A model generated the notes under the pieces. The model was not told the DNA's origin, searched no databases, and saw only the letters and a program-made list of their open reading frames with translations. From Octopus sinensis (taxonomy: Eukaryota), in assembly GCF_006345805.1 (NCBI RefSeq), contig NC_043006.1:47554001-47618000 (forward strand): DNA of 64,000 nt, in the 5' to 3' direction. A program made the translations under genes and the position numbers. This document shows, piece by piece, positions 23,765 to 37,282 of this stretch. The first letter of the stretch is position 1. Every line of letters starts with the position of its first letter.

Positions 23765-25208
23765 ATTTGGCTCAAAAGCAAATAGCAAGGCCAAGTAGGG
23801 GGACATGGAGTTAAGTACAGGGTGGTGTTCATGTAAAGAGTTCAGGCCACTTGAGGTCCAGGGAGGCTTTGAACAAAGCGGTCGTCGGCATCTTCACCAT
23901 CTCGTCTGGCAGCTTGTTCCACGGATCCGCAACCCGGACGGTGAAAGCTCCTCTCCTTCGATTGAGATGAAATCGTCGCAGGTAGAGCTTTTCGGAATGA
24001 CCCCGCAGCCGACGCTCCGGAGCAGGAGTGAAGAACAGATCTTTCGAGAGGTTACACTTCCCGCTTATGATGTTGTGGGCGAGAATGAGATCACCACGGC
24101 GGCGGCGTTTTTCAAGAGAATAAAGGTCGAGCGTCCTCAGCCTTTCTTCGTAGGACAAAATTTTGAGACCATGAACCATGCGGGTAGCCAGCCTCTGTAC
24201 TCTTTCGAAGTGCTGTATGTCTTTGAGGAGATAAGGAGAAGAGGCTTGAATCCCATACTCCAATATGGGTCTCACCAGCGTGACATAGAGTGGCAGGAAT
24301 ATGGCTGCTGTGAGCATTCCGAATGACCGTCGAATCAAAAACAGAATTCCGCGCACTTTGTTAGCAGCATGGGCGCACTGGGCCGAAGGCGAAAAGGAGG
24401 AATCCACCAAGATACCCAGGTCCTTTACCTGATCGGTCCTCTCCAGCAGCAGACGACCCGGCTCGAAATCAAGTTGAGTTGCAGGAGTAGAGCCGACAGG
24501 CAGATGACAGCACTTTGACACGTTCAGACACAGGTCCCAATCGTTAGACCACTTCCAAATTTGGTGGAGGCATCGACGAAGATCCTCTATACTACCGCGA
24601 GGAGCGACCAGTTTGATATCGTCGGCAAATAGAAGGGTGTGTTGCGTGAGGTCGTCGGGCAATTCATTTATGAAGACTAAGAACAACAAGGGCCCAAGCA
24701 CTGAACCTTGAGGCACGCCACTGCTCGCACTGGAGACGTCGGACCGCGAACCATTAACTTGAACTTGGAAGGAGCGATCTGAGAGGAAGGCACCAACCCA
24801 CCGTACAATATCCGGATGGAAACTATATGCTTGAAGCTTGACAAGTAGTAGGCGGTGGTTTACCGAGTCAAAAGCTTTGGCAAAGTCCAATAAAACGATG
24901 TCAACAGCATCACTATCATCGAGGATGCGCGTCACCAATTCTTCCATTACTAGTAAGTTGGTCAAGCATGATCTCTTCGGCACGAAGCCGTGTTGGGAAT
25001 CAGTGATCGAGGCTGTGTTTAGGAGGTGGAGCATCATACTTTTCTTAAGGATGGTTTCGAACATCTTGCTGATTATTGATGTAAGGGAAACCGGTCGGTA
25101 GTTAAGCGGGTCTTCGCGGCTCCCTTTCTTGAAAATTGGGCAGATTATCGCTGTTCTCCAGTCTGCAGGTATAACACCCGTCGCCAATGACATATTGAAT
25201 AGTCGTGT
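23732..25208 (-). mobile_element. Young 5'-truncated CR1-group LINE with (AACT)n tail
   Basis: Stop-free RT ORF, ~65-nt 3'UTR, forward (TTAG)n at 23730-23764. Candidate TSD TAAGGTT at 23725-23731 and 25209-25215. Confidence 0.92.
23829..25193 (-). CDS. CR1-group LINE ORF2 fragment (reverse transcriptase and C-terminus), 454 aa; start is truncation-derived
   Basis: NYRPVSLTS, QHGFVPKRSCLTNL, LDFAKAFDSV, GVPQGSVLGPLLF, LFADDIKL, LVRPILEY, WNKLP. Confidence 0.93.
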   Translation of the reverse strand: MSLATGVIPADWRTAIICPIFKKGSREDPLNYRPVSLTSIISKMFETILKKSMMLHLLNTASITDSQHGFVPKRSCLTNLLVMEELVTRILDDSDAVDIVLLDFAKAFDSVNHRLLLVKLQAYSFHPDIVRWVGAFLSDRSFQVQVNGSRSDVSSASSGVPQGSVLGPLLFLVFINELPDDLTQHTLLFADDIKLVAPRGSIEDLRRCLHQIWKWSNDWDLCLNVSKCCHLPVGSTPATQLDFEPGRLLLERTDQVKDLGILVDSSFSPSAQCAHAANKVRGILFLIRRSFGMLTAAIFLPLYVTLVRPILEYGIQASSPYLLKDIQHFERVQRLATRMVHGLKILSYEERLRTLDLYSLEKRRRRGDLILAHNIISGKCNLSKDLFFTPAPERRLRGHSEKLYLRRFHLNRRRGAFTVRVADPWNKLPDEMVKMPTTALFKASLDLKWPELFT

Positions 25209-26029
25209 TAAGGTTGTCTACGACAGAGCAGCTTCTTGTGTAAAGGACATTTTTCGCACATCCATTAAAGCTTTATGTATGTGTGACAGAGTGACTGTGT
25301 GCGAGAATGGAAGGTGACGATTTAAATGGAATAGAATGCCATAGGATAATAGACAATACGAAATAATGAAATAAAAATATGTCGAGAATAACAATACAAG
25401 TGAATGAATTGCAACAGAACAGAAAAGGAAGAGGCAAATATGCAAATAAAGTTAAATTATGTATGTTATCTATTTTATTAAGTTTACTCAAGACACAGTT
25501 AGCAGACAGCTTTCTTCAGATAAATTCACAGTAAAGGAGAAAATTTGTAGCGAATAATACAAGTAACGACTAAAAAGGATACAAGTAAATAAATAGGTGG
25601 AAAAGTGCATAAATGGATGTGTGTTAGAGTGTCTATGAGTTTCAACACGTTTCTTATGACGTATACACACAACAATTATGATAAACAAATCTTTGTTCCC
25701 TTTCCCCAGGCAGATGCCCAGAGACTCCATGATGTTTATTACATATATTTGTGTAGTATTGAAAAGTACTTGTCAATGCATTCTGTGGATATTTTCCATT
25801 AATTGATGTTTTCACTTTTAACATTGCCAAAAGGCTAAAAAATTAATTGCTTTTACTTTTTTTCGGTACAGCTGTTTTATTAACCCTAGTTCTTGACTAT
25901 TTTCTTATTTTACAGATATTTGACGGATGAACGCTAACATCTGCCGCACTAAATTTTGAACTCGGAAGGTAAACTTATTTCTTAATAATTTTTATCTACG
26001 CAGCCATTTTGGAAGTAATATCATACTCG

Positions 26030-26380
26030 GTGTGCGTAGAATCGGTCGGTTGATGTCTGCAGACGACATGGTGCTACTTGGATCGGTAGAAAAGGATTTC
26101 CAGCTTAAACTGAGTGGGTCCACTATGGAATGCTACAAGGTAGGGATGAGAATTATAATTGCGAAGACTCAGATATTGTCTCAATAAAATATCCAGTGCG
26201 TTCTTCATATTAGTGGAACGGCGCTGGGACAACAGGGAATATTTATGTACCTCGAGGATGTATTCACGAGATTTTGATAGCAATAAGCTCAGTTAGATGC
26301 TAGAACTACGGTGCTATCACAGTAATGCAGCAGTTCCAAAGTTCGATCTTCAAAAGAGGATAGGTTGGTAAAAATTCAGG
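26030..26380 (+). mobile_element. RTE-clade LINE RT relic
   Basis: IGRLMSADDMVLLGSVEKDFQLKL...ECYKVGMRIIIAKTQIL...FMYLEDVFT matches the RTE LxFADDxVLL...GMKIxxxKT...FKYLG layout. Confidence 0.7.
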
Positions 26381-26515
26381 CCCTGTATGGATGCATGTGT
26401 GTATGTATTTATATATATATACATACACCTATATATCTGTATGTACATATATATATATATACATACATACACATATATATCTATATGTTTAAATATATAC
26501 ACACACATATATATA

Positions 26516-27711
26516 TATCAGATCATTAAGAATGAAATATTCAATTACTTATGCACCAAATTTGACGCAAATGTTTTATGCTGGCAAGTCTTTGTTGTAC
26601 GACATTGAAGAATTATATCATTACTTTTCGAAATGCAATCCATGGTGATGATAATATTGTGATAGTTTTTCCTTGTAAATCAATTTTTGTGAACCCCTGG
26701 ATAGATCGAAAATTTGTGTTGTTTATCAATATGGGTTCCGTCGTTGAACCAGTGCATCCCAGAGAACTCGAAACATCAATGAGGTGTTTGGTTAAGATGT
26801 GGCGAATGGGTGTACTGTACGGCGATGATTTGAGGAGGTCCGGTTTGTGACTTTACTCTAGAAAATCATACATCTCAAACTACGCTCGAGTTAGCAGCAA
26901 GGTTTGATATTTCCATTTCAAAGGTATTGGACCATCTGAAACAAATAGACAGGATAAAGAAGCTTAAAGAAGCTGGATAAGTGGGTACCACACGAAGTGA
27001 ACGAGCATCAAATGACACGTCGTCTTGATACTTGCTGTTCTTTGCTGCCACGGTATAAAAGAAAACTATTTTTGCATCGCATTGTTATGTGTGATGAAAA
27101 ATGGATTCTTTTCAACAATAGCCATCGTTCTGCATGGTGGTTGGATGGACGAAGTGACAAAGCACAATCCAGAAAGGAGTATTTACCAAAGAAAGATAAT
27201 GGTGTCTGTTTGGCGGTCAAGCTTCATGAGAGCTGGTAAGTTAATTACAGCGGGTGTATACATCAAACGATTGGATGAACTGACGAGTGGACTTCTTATT
27301 AAACAACCAAGATTGGTCAATAGAGACAGGCCCCTTCTCTCGCAAAGAACGTAGCTGAAGTTACAGAAACGTAACTGAAGTTACAGGAACTGGACTTGGA
27401 AGTACACTGTCATCCACCATATTCACCAGACCGTGTAGCAACTGACTATCACGGTTTCCAGGCATTAGACAAATTTCTGCAAGGAAAAAATAAATTTCAA
27501 ATGTGAAGAAAATGCAAAAAGAACCTTTCGTGATTTCATCATCTCTTGCTCTTCAGTATTCTTCGCTGCCGGCATAAATAAGCTACCAATAAAATGGCAA
27601 AATTGTGTTGATAATCTAGGTGTATAGTTTAATGAATTGCATCGCTTTTTGTTGAGATTAAGTAAAATAAACTATCAGTTCGATATTGAACATTTTATTC
27701 TTAATGACCAG

Positions 27712-27714
<3 letters not shown>
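26516..27714 (+). mobile_element. Decayed mariner (D,D34D) transposon with ~30-bp TIRs and TA ends
   Basis: Left TIR TATCAGATCATTAAGAATGAAATATTCAAT vs reverse complement of the right TIR TATCTGGTCATTAAGAATAAAATGTTCAAT (26/30). Motifs WVPHEV (26982), IVMCDEKWILFNN, HPPYSPD..TDY. Frameshifts and loss of the HDNA region. Confidence 0.88.
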
Positions 27715-27772
<58 letters not shown>

Positions 27773-28011
27773 CACACAAACAAACACACACACACACATT
27801 GAAAGAGTGTCTTTAGCAGGTGGAGAAATAGACAGGTAATCAAAGAAATAGATAGATTGATAGACAGAAAGAAAGATAGATAGATAGAAAGTAGCAAGAT
27901 AGTTATTTAGATAGATATATACATAGATACATAAATAGATGGATAGATAGAGAGAGAGAGAAAGAGAAGGAGAAATGGATAGATAGATAGATAGATAGAT
28001 AGATGGATTGC

Positions 28012-28095
<84 letters not shown>

Positions 28096-28140
28096 CAAAG
28101 ATAGATAGATGAATAGATAGATAGATACATAGATAGATAG
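27715..28140. repeat. (CA)n, (GATA)n, (TA)n, (GA)n compound microsatellite
   Basis: Read directly. Confidence 0.9.
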
Positions 28141-28527
28141 ATTTCACCTGATTTCCCATTTAAAAAATAGATTAAATTTTGTTTATATTTATTGAGAATG
28201 GAATTAATTTCAAAGAAATGATGAGTCACGTCGAAGGAGGAAAATGTTTTAAAGCACTTCTATAATTTTAAAGTGTATAAATGAAATATTGTCTGCTCAC
28301 TTTTGTATCTACAACGTTTCTCCTGATATCCGTAGGTATGTGAAATTTCATTTGCTTATGCATAATTTTATTATATTTATTCGATAAGATGTTTTCTTCG
28401 TTTCCTAATTTCTGCCGTAGGTCATGCTGTAAATGTTATTTCTAAAAAAACATATTTATTATTGTTTGTGTTATATGCTAGTCAGTCTATCTGCAAGTAT
28501 ATATATAGTGCACATATGCATATACGA

Positions 28528-28569
<42 letters not shown>

Positions 28570-28617
28570 GTGCGTTTATGTGTATGCCTGCAGTTTATAA
28601 CTATATAGTTTATTCTT

Positions 28618-28648
<31 letters not shown>

Positions 28649-28713
28649 TGTGCATGTGTGCGTGTGTAAGTGCGTGTGTGTGTGTGTGAGTGTGTGTGTG
28701 TATGTGTGTGTGT

Positions 28714-28756
<43 letters not shown>

Positions 28757-29984
28757 CAATGTTATATTTGAATTTTTTCAGTATGGATGAACAATTCCTA
28801 AAACACAGAAAACACTTTCAGCAAAATGGTTTTTGCGAAGCCATCTTTCAGACAAAGCTACGTATGTTAGGAAGGACATGGGTGTTTGAGAAATGTATGA
28901 TGCTGAAATACATACCGCAAAATATTATCACAGAAATAAAAAAATTATTAAATGTGTTGATAATACTACAGACGTAAATATTGGAGATTTCCTAACGAAA
29001 CAAACAAAAATTTGGGGTGGTTATGGACGAATTTTTCTGCTCATAAAATGTCGACATAAGGAAAGCAATAACTCTTCCGGGTTTAAACCAATTTGTCTAA
29101 TTGTGCATTAATGGAATTCTCTATTTTTCAAGAAATCAAACCAGAATTCATCTATTTAATTCGCCGTTTTCCTGAAAATACTGATATAAAGGTGTTCATA
29201 TTCGATCGTCAAAGATCGTCCATTTTATCGTCTTCTAATTGCTCCGGTTCTCTGCGTTACGGTTCAAATCTCTCCGATGTCAACACTACCCTTATACGTC
29301 TGAAATGAACACATAATCAAGATATGGAGCTGTTTTTCCTATCTATTTGTCTCGATACCTCTCGCGCTGCCTTACTATAGCCTGTGTTCTGTAATAATAA
29401 AACAGGAAAATATGAAGCCAGAAGCAAAGTTTGTTATTCTCACACGTATATTTCATGACAAACACAGGAAACGTTCAAAAATATTATGGCATCTCTTTCA
29501 CAAAGACCAAGTCACTATCGTAGAAATATTTTAAGAATCCCGTCGCATAATAGTTTCTGGGTCACTGTGTGGATTGATGAGAGGCAGCTACGAATTTTCT
29601 GTAATGTTCTTTCAGATAATTTCATGAAAAAATCAGAGATTGCTGCAGTGGTTGGTGACGTCGGAAAACCAGTCGATTTTCAGCTTACCGCCCAACATAC
29701 TATCTTACCTTTATCTGAATTTTAAATAAATATTGAGGAGTAAATCGTATGGAAATTATCATTCATGAAAAGTAAGCAGGGAAGAATAGATATTTACTAT
29801 TTTTCGTGTTCTAATTTAGATTTCACCAATGATATAGTGAAGATTTTCGTTTGTGTTTCTGTTTTTTTTTTTTTTATTGATATGTCTATATTATTGATGT
29901 GTGGAATGGATTTTATGTTTGCTTTGTGTATGTTTCAAACCTTTCAAACATGTCCGGATGTAAATCTATGTGAATCACAGGTAA

Positions 29985-30229
29985 AAAATAAAAACATTGT
30001 TTAAATGCACTCTTTTAAAGCCTAGCCAGGTTCATGGATCCGGTTTCCCGGTTTCAATGGCGTATGTGTTCCCCAGCTGGGCGGGACGCTAGTCCATAGC
30101 AGCGTTACTCATTTTTGCCAGCTGAGTTGACTGGAGCAACGTGAAATGAAGTCGCCCGGTCCAGGAATCGAAACTACTATCTTACGATCATGATGCTGAC
30201 ACCCTAGCCACTAAGCCACGCGCCTCCAC
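29985..30229 (-). mobile_element. tRNA-derived SINE related to family C, with 15-bp TSD
   Basis: Reverse-complement head GTGGAGGCGCGTGGCTTAGTGG; tail TGGGGAACACATACGCCATTGAAACCGGGAAACCGG. TSD GTGAATCAC(A/T)GGTAA at 29970-29984 and 30230-30244. Confidence 0.85.
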
Positions 30230-30869
30230 GTGAATCACTGGTAATATATCAAATATGAGTGTGCACTAATAAGCTAAGCTTATTTATATGCACATTAGCA
30301 GATAAGTATACTTTTACGTTATTCGTAGGTTTTCCTGCGAATTACAACTGGTTTCTTTTAGTAATTTTTTCCTTGAACAATCAAAATTATGTAGAATTAC
30401 GTTGAATAATAACATTTCTAATGCAAATAAAAGAAGGATTTTGTATTACTAGAAATCAGAATGATATTAATATTCTTTACATCCAGAGGAATTACCTTAA
30501 ATTTCTGTTTTAGTTTCTGTCACTAAAATAAATCCCTGTCATGTTTTCAATATAAGAACTATAATAGACCATGTTCTCCATTCAGCCCTAACACATACGA
30601 AGAACTCTAGAATTCTTCTCGGCAGATATTCAAGGTAATCTTTAAAATCCGCCAAAACAGGACATCTGTTATTTAGCTGTCATGTGGGAAAAGTACAGAT
30701 ATTTCATTCAGCACTATCTACACTTTTGTAATTTAGCTTTAAATTTTCGTATTTATCCTTTTAGATTTACTTTAAAAAACAAAAATTATTTTATTCTATT
30801 TGAGAAAAATACTCTTATATCTGTACTACAGTTTGCTCTCTTGGATATCAGTGTTTAGTATGTATTATT

Positions 30870-31060
30870 TCTAATACAGTTCTATATTTAAGAGATGAGG
30901 AATTATGTACATTATTTACATTAATTACATTTGAAGGATATTTGTCCTCATCTTCATTGTTGTTAACACAACGTTTCGGCTGATACACCCTCCAGCCTTC
31001 ATCAGGTGTCTTGGGGAAATTTCGAAACTGGGTTCTCATTCCTAAGTATTTATCAATATT
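30870..31060 (-). mobile_element. Probable Penelope-like element terminal repeat fragment
   Basis: Contains the CTGATGAAGGCTG...CAGCCGAAACGTT hammerhead; preceded on its sense strand by (TAA)n. Confidence 0.6.
30965..31010 (-). ncRNA. Minimal type I hammerhead ribozyme
   Basis: Reverse complement reads GACAC-CTGATGA-A-GGCTG-gagggtgtat-CAGCC-GAA-ACGT-T-GTGTT: 5-bp stem I, perfect 5-bp stem II, palindromic ACGT stem III, GUU triplet. Confidence 0.75.
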
Positions 31061-31069
31061 GTTATTGTT

Positions 31070-31082
31070 GTTGTTGCTGTTG

Positions 31083-31172
<90 letters not shown>
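31070..31172. repeat. (TTG)n/(TTA)n array
   Basis: Read directly. Confidence 0.95.
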
Positions 31173-31173
<1 letters not shown>

Positions 31174-31356
31174 GCTCACAAATATAAGTGCATTTTATTA
31201 GCTGCTCCAAGGAGTCAATTTTAAAATAGTTGCACATCTGGTCATGTAAAATTTCAGACTAGGGGCGTTGCTTAGTAAAATTATGTAAATGATCAAGTAA
31301 GCAATAGGACACAAGTGTTAGACAAGTAATCTTATCCTCCCAGTATTCTTTGCTTC

Positions 31357-31707
31357 TTTTATTTTGTTCGTTTACCTTTTCCCGTCACTTTGATTATGGC
31401 CGTGCGGGAGCACTGCCCTTTAGTCGAAGAAATTGACCTCACGATTTATTCTTTGTGATACAGGTACTTATTCTATCAATCCCTTCTGCCGAAACGCTAA
31501 GTTATGGGGATATAAACACACCAACATCGGTTGTCAAGCGGTAGGAAAGGGATCCAACTACAGGCCTCTTTCAGTTTCCATTTACCAAATCCACTCATAA
31601 GGCTTTGGTCGGCTCAAGGCTATACTAGAAGACGCTTGCCCAAGGTACCACGCAGTGGGACTGAATCCAAAATCATGTGGTTGGGAACCATGCTTCTTAC
31701 CACACAC
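31357..31707 (-). mobile_element. SINE family A lacking the internal microsatellite
   Basis: Colinear with the consensus except that the TA/TG block is replaced by a short segment at about 31540-31565. Confidence 0.8.
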
Positions 31708-32460
31708 GCACAATAGGTTTTATGTCTTGAACGACATGTAACTGATACTACAAGTAGTTCCAAAGACTGCGTAAAGATTTCGTATAATATAAATCCACCA
31801 AGTCTTAAAAATTGAAAAAATATTACGATCACAGTAATAGTTCTGTATCTTCGGTATTTAGGGTTTGAGGAAATGAGATTAAGCAAGAGTAACGACAAAT
31901 CAGCAACAACAATATATGTATTTGATAGCGGATTAATATTCTAGTCCTTACTTTAAACGCTTATTGTTCCCACAGATTACAGTATACAGAATCTTTGGAC
32001 ACTTGCTGAAAAAGCAATAAAACAGTACTTACTACATGACACCACATATGCAATCGCTTAGAGTGCGATTCTTGCTAGCTTACTGCAGGTTTTCACTCTG
32101 CTGATAGTTTCGCCACGCTGTGTGTCTTAACATATGTTGCAATATTTTTCATGCGGTGCATCAAAGAACGTCACATCCTTCACGATTCAATTCGGGACTA
32201 GAGCTTGTTCAATGCTTAATATTATTTAGGATGATGATTAAATTTTAAGTAAATTTATTATGCAAAATTCTTTAGATTTTTTGTGTCTATGTAGAATCGG
32301 TAATTCTTCGGGCAAATCCTTCACCAAAATGAAAATTATTAGAAGTGAGACATGCATACGTGTATCTCTCTCTCTCTCTCCCTCTCTCTCTCCCCCTCTC
32401 TCTCTCCCTCTCTCTCTCCCTCTCTCTCTCCCTCTATCTCTCCCTCTCTCGCTACATACA

Positions 32461-32556
<96 letters not shown>

Positions 32557-33611
32557 CATACATACTTGCATACATACAATAGTTACAGTGTAAAATTCAT
32601 GCAGAGTAAGACTAATATGTTTTCGTAAAATGGTTCCATTCATAATTTAAGAAGCCATAATTATTATAGTAATCAGTAATTTAATGTATTTAGATTTTTT
32701 GTCAGCCTTTAGGTAGCGTACAACGTTATATGATAAATTATGTCATAAAATATGAAGGTCAGATTAATGAGGCTCGTAATAAATTTACGTGTGAGTACGA
32801 GATTTGATTTTCGTGACGTATGAAAAAAAACGAAAATTTATTTTTTACATTTTGAATTATAATATTATATGAAAATACACTTAACACAACAACCAAAAAG
32901 AAAAGTCGAGAACTAAAGTAAATATATTTAGAAAGGTCATTTATACGTTATCATATTAGTTTGTGTAACAGTATTATCATTTAATTTAACTTAATTATTT
33001 CCTGTAATATAATGAACCATAGCAATTTTAATCTACATCGTTCGGTATATAATTTAAACTTTAGCATTTACTTTTTGCTTCAGGCACCAAGGAGCAACCA
33101 ATATTTTGCGATAGACTGATAATTTTTGACTGATTTCAATTCTGTTTTATTTTATTTTGTATTTGCTTGGTTTTACGTATATATGTCCATGCGCATGTAT
33201 GGATGCGTATATGTATCTGTGTGTGTATTTCTTCTGACATAAATACATCAATAAAATACAAAATAATATTAAACATTCATCTAAGCAGCTTCAGTTATAA
33301 ATTGATTTCATTCTTTAAAATTATTGTACAGCCTGATATTAAAAATTTCCAAAGATTTATTACGCGCTAAATATAATCGCATCTCTATGGTTGTCTGACT
33401 TCATTGTTTCTCAACAAGACACTGCAAATTTTTTCTTTTTCATATATTATTATTACCAAGTAAATTTAACGAGTTTATATCTGTGATAAAAATTAGTCTA
33501 AAAACACAACAATGATACATAAACGTATATACAACTAAAAACGAGCACGTTATTATATACAGCAGAGAATCGTGTATATATAAATATAAATATATGTATA
33601 TATATATATAT

Positions 33612-33678
<67 letters not shown>

Positions 33679-33722
33679 TATATGTATATATGCGTATATA
33701 AGTATACCTATATACCGATACC

Positions 33723-33755
<33 letters not shown>

Positions 33756-34958
33756 AGGCAGATAGATAGATAGAGACGTTATATGTGCATATATGCTTGT
33801 GTAAAGAAAGAATCATAGCTTGTGAAAGCGAGCGTGTGACCCCTATATGTATGTATATATATATATGTATATATATATATGCATTTTATATATATATACA
33901 CTGGGATATAAATAGACACACATTAAGGGATAGAGAATGGGCGTACGTGAGTGTTCATGCGCGAGTGCGTATTTGCGTTTATTTGTATTTTTTTTTAAAT
34001 TGTCAAATTAATTTATTTTGCTGTGTTACAGTGTAATAATGGAACATAGAATTATGTTTTCAAAATTATTAAACTCAGCCAAATAAATAAAGAAAAAAAG
34101 ATTTATATACTCCCATTATGTCGTATATATTCCAATTAAAGGCGTCTATAAGGATCGTTTAGAATTTATCTCTTAGAATTTAACCATCGCTCTGTCTAAT
34201 ATATTAAATATATGTATATATATAGCGGTTCGTTGTTAACTTGTAGCTAAGAAATTTTGAATATCTTGTTTGTTTGTGTTTGTCGTTTTGCTTTGCTATA
34301 TCTAATGTAAAGGTACACACACACTCACACGCATACACACAAACCCTCACGCATTTGATTATAAAAGTACTCGCACACACATACACACATGCTATAAGAG
34401 AGAAACAAAATGAAAGAGTGAGAGAGAGGTAAGTTGAAAGAAGGAAATAAGTGGTGGGCATCTGTGCTTGCAAGCTTGAGTGAAAATGTTCCAATAGCCT
34501 TGCCACATTTACAGTTACGTTAGATATAGTCTAATATATTTATATACGCTTAGACGAACATTAAGATGCGTCTATACTTATATGCATGCTTAATTCCTTT
34601 GTGTTTTCAGAGTTTACAAATTTCATAACATCATCATCCCTGTTTTTTTTTTCGTATTGTTTAGATACCTAACAACTATGTTTAACTTCAGTAGATTAAA
34701 AACAAACATGAATTATAGTAAATTTCTCCATTAAAATAAAAGTACCAATATGTAGTCTAAATACATCACATTGCAGGTTTTCTTATATTACTTAGGAATT
34801 AAAGTTAAAAATTTTTTTTTTTTAACCCACTTTTAGTATCATGCTATAAAATGTATAATATAATGCTGAAATACTGTACCACAGCATAGTACTACATTTT
34901 AAAAAAATGTTAAGATGTTCAATTCATCTTTAGAATATTTATAATATACACGAACTAT

Positions 34959-35346
34959 AAGGCGGCGAGCTGGTAGAAACGTTAGCACCCCGGGCGAAAT
35001 GCTTAGCGGTATTTCGTCTGCTGTTACGTTCTGAGTTCAAATTCCGCCGGGGTTGACTTTGCCTTTCATCCTTTAAATTAAGTACCAGTTACGCACTGGG
35101 GTCGATATAATCGACTGAATCCATTTGTCTGTCCTTGTTTGTCCTCTCTATATTTAGCCCCTTGTGGGTAGTAAAGAATAGGTATTTCGTTTGCCACTAC
35201 GTTCTGTGTTCAAATTCCGCCAAGGTCGACTTTGCCTTTCATCCTTTCAGGGTCGATAAATTGAGTACCAGTTGCGTACTGTAGCTGATCTAATCGACTG
35301 GCTCCCTCCCCCAAAATTTCGGGCTTTGTGCCTAGGATAGAAAACA
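34959..35346 (+). mobile_element. SINE family B dimer
   Basis: Head plus two body units joined by AAAGAATAGGTATTTCG. Confidence 0.88.
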
Positions 35347-36139
35347 ATATACATGAATTATTTCCTTAATATTTTCTATATACGCATACATAATTACAGT
35401 AATCCGTCGACTATTGCGGATTTAAGTTTTAAGCTTCTCAACATAAATAGTAAGACATTATTTTTCTGCATACACTGATCTCTGGTTCACAGAGGATTTT
35501 CTTTTCTCTCCCCTGTCTCTCTCCATCTATCTCCCCCCACCTCTTTTTTCTCATTCTCTCTCTCTTTGTATTTCACTTTCTTTGGATATCCTCCTCTTCA
35601 AAATGACCGCTCTTCTTTACAAATGGCTGATTTAGTGTTATCTCTGTCTCATATTGTCCCGTCACCCATAATGCTTCTACACCTAGACGTTGCACCCTCA
35701 ATTACAGCAGTCTTTCCGTCCTAGAATGCCAGTCTACTAGAATTCACCCCATATCAATCGTCATCCTACAGCCGTCAAATTGCTTACGTTTATAAGGAAA
35801 CCTCCAGCTTAGAAACCCCCATCTTAAAACCCCCCGGATTAAAATTCCACCAAAATCAAATCTTCAAGAACACAATTTTCCAAGATCAAAAGCTCCTTGT
35901 ACTAGCCTTATATATATTATTATACGTAGCGTAGAAACGTAACACTTTGTCGTCGACTCAAGCGATTTTATTATTTTAAAATGGACATCATAAAAGAGAT
36001 TACATATCTAGAGAATTCATAATATTCACACTAAATTAGTAGCAAATAATAATATATTATACTCTATTCACGCAATATTCATATAAATGTGAATTTCATT
36101 CAATATCTACTAATATAGCCAATAATGGATCCCGAAACA

Positions 36140-36214
<75 letters not shown>

Positions 36215-36390
36215 CATATATATATACATACATACATATATATGTATGTATATGAATACATATGTATGTATGTATGTATATATATATATATTATTTATAT
36301 TTCATGAGCGCCATACTAATACAATTGTTTGTTTGTATTCCACCTGGCTTCGTCTTTTGTCTAATTTCTTAAAGCTTCCCGTTATATATA

Positions 36391-36770
36391 TAGGCGCAGG
36401 AGTGGCTGTGTGGTAAGTATTTTGCTTACCAGCTACATGGTTCCGGGTTCGGTCCTACTGCGTGGCACCTTGGGCAAGTGTCTTCTACTATAGCCTCGGG
36501 CCGAACAAATCCCTGTGAGTGGACTGAAAGAAGTCCGTCGTATATATGTATATGTGTGTGTGTATGTTTGTGTGTCTGTGTTTTCCCCCCACATCGCTTG
36601 ACAAACAATGCTGGTGTGTTTGTGTCCACGTAACTTAGCAGTTCGGCAAAAGACCGATAGAATAAGTACGACGCTTACAAAGAATAAGTCCTGGGGTCGA
36701 TTTGATTGTCTAAAGGCGGTGCTCCAGCATGGCCGCAGTCAAAATGAAAGCCACAAGTAAAAGAATAAAA
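36391..36770 (+). mobile_element. SINE family A inserted in (TA)n
   Basis: TAGGCGCAGGAGTGGCTGTGTGGTAAG head; (TA)n on both flanks. Confidence 0.9.
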
Positions 36771-37282
36771 GGGTATATATATATATATATACCACATAAA
36801 TTATTCACTATCGATGCATTCTCGTTCTTTCACTCATTTTAGCATTAATACGCGAACCAACAACCTTTCAGTAATTCCATTGCAATAAAGTACTTGTAAG
36901 ATAGAAGCAGTAACAATCATGTATCAGATATTGCACAGATATTCACCCATCTATACACATGAACGCGCAAATATACTTATACTGGGTGCGGCAGAAATAC
37001 GTCCCACATTTGAAAGGTTGACAAAAGGGAACAGAAACAACATTTATGAAAAATTAATTTTTCTGTTGTTTAAACAGAGTTACAGATTTTGTTCATTAGC
37101 TAAATGAAAACATCATTGGCACCCCCATAAGTTCATGAGCAACATGAGCAACTTTCAAGAAATGAAAGTTTAAAATATGGAAGGTATTTCTGCGGCACTC
37201 TTCATATACTTACATTTATACATGTGTAGATGTATATGAGTTTGTATATGTACAAAGATATGCAAGTTTATATTTATATATT

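Noticed and set aside
35394-35430. TACAGTAATCCGTCGACTATTGCGG, resembling a Tigger/pogo TIR
   Set aside because: No partner TIR or internal homology found.
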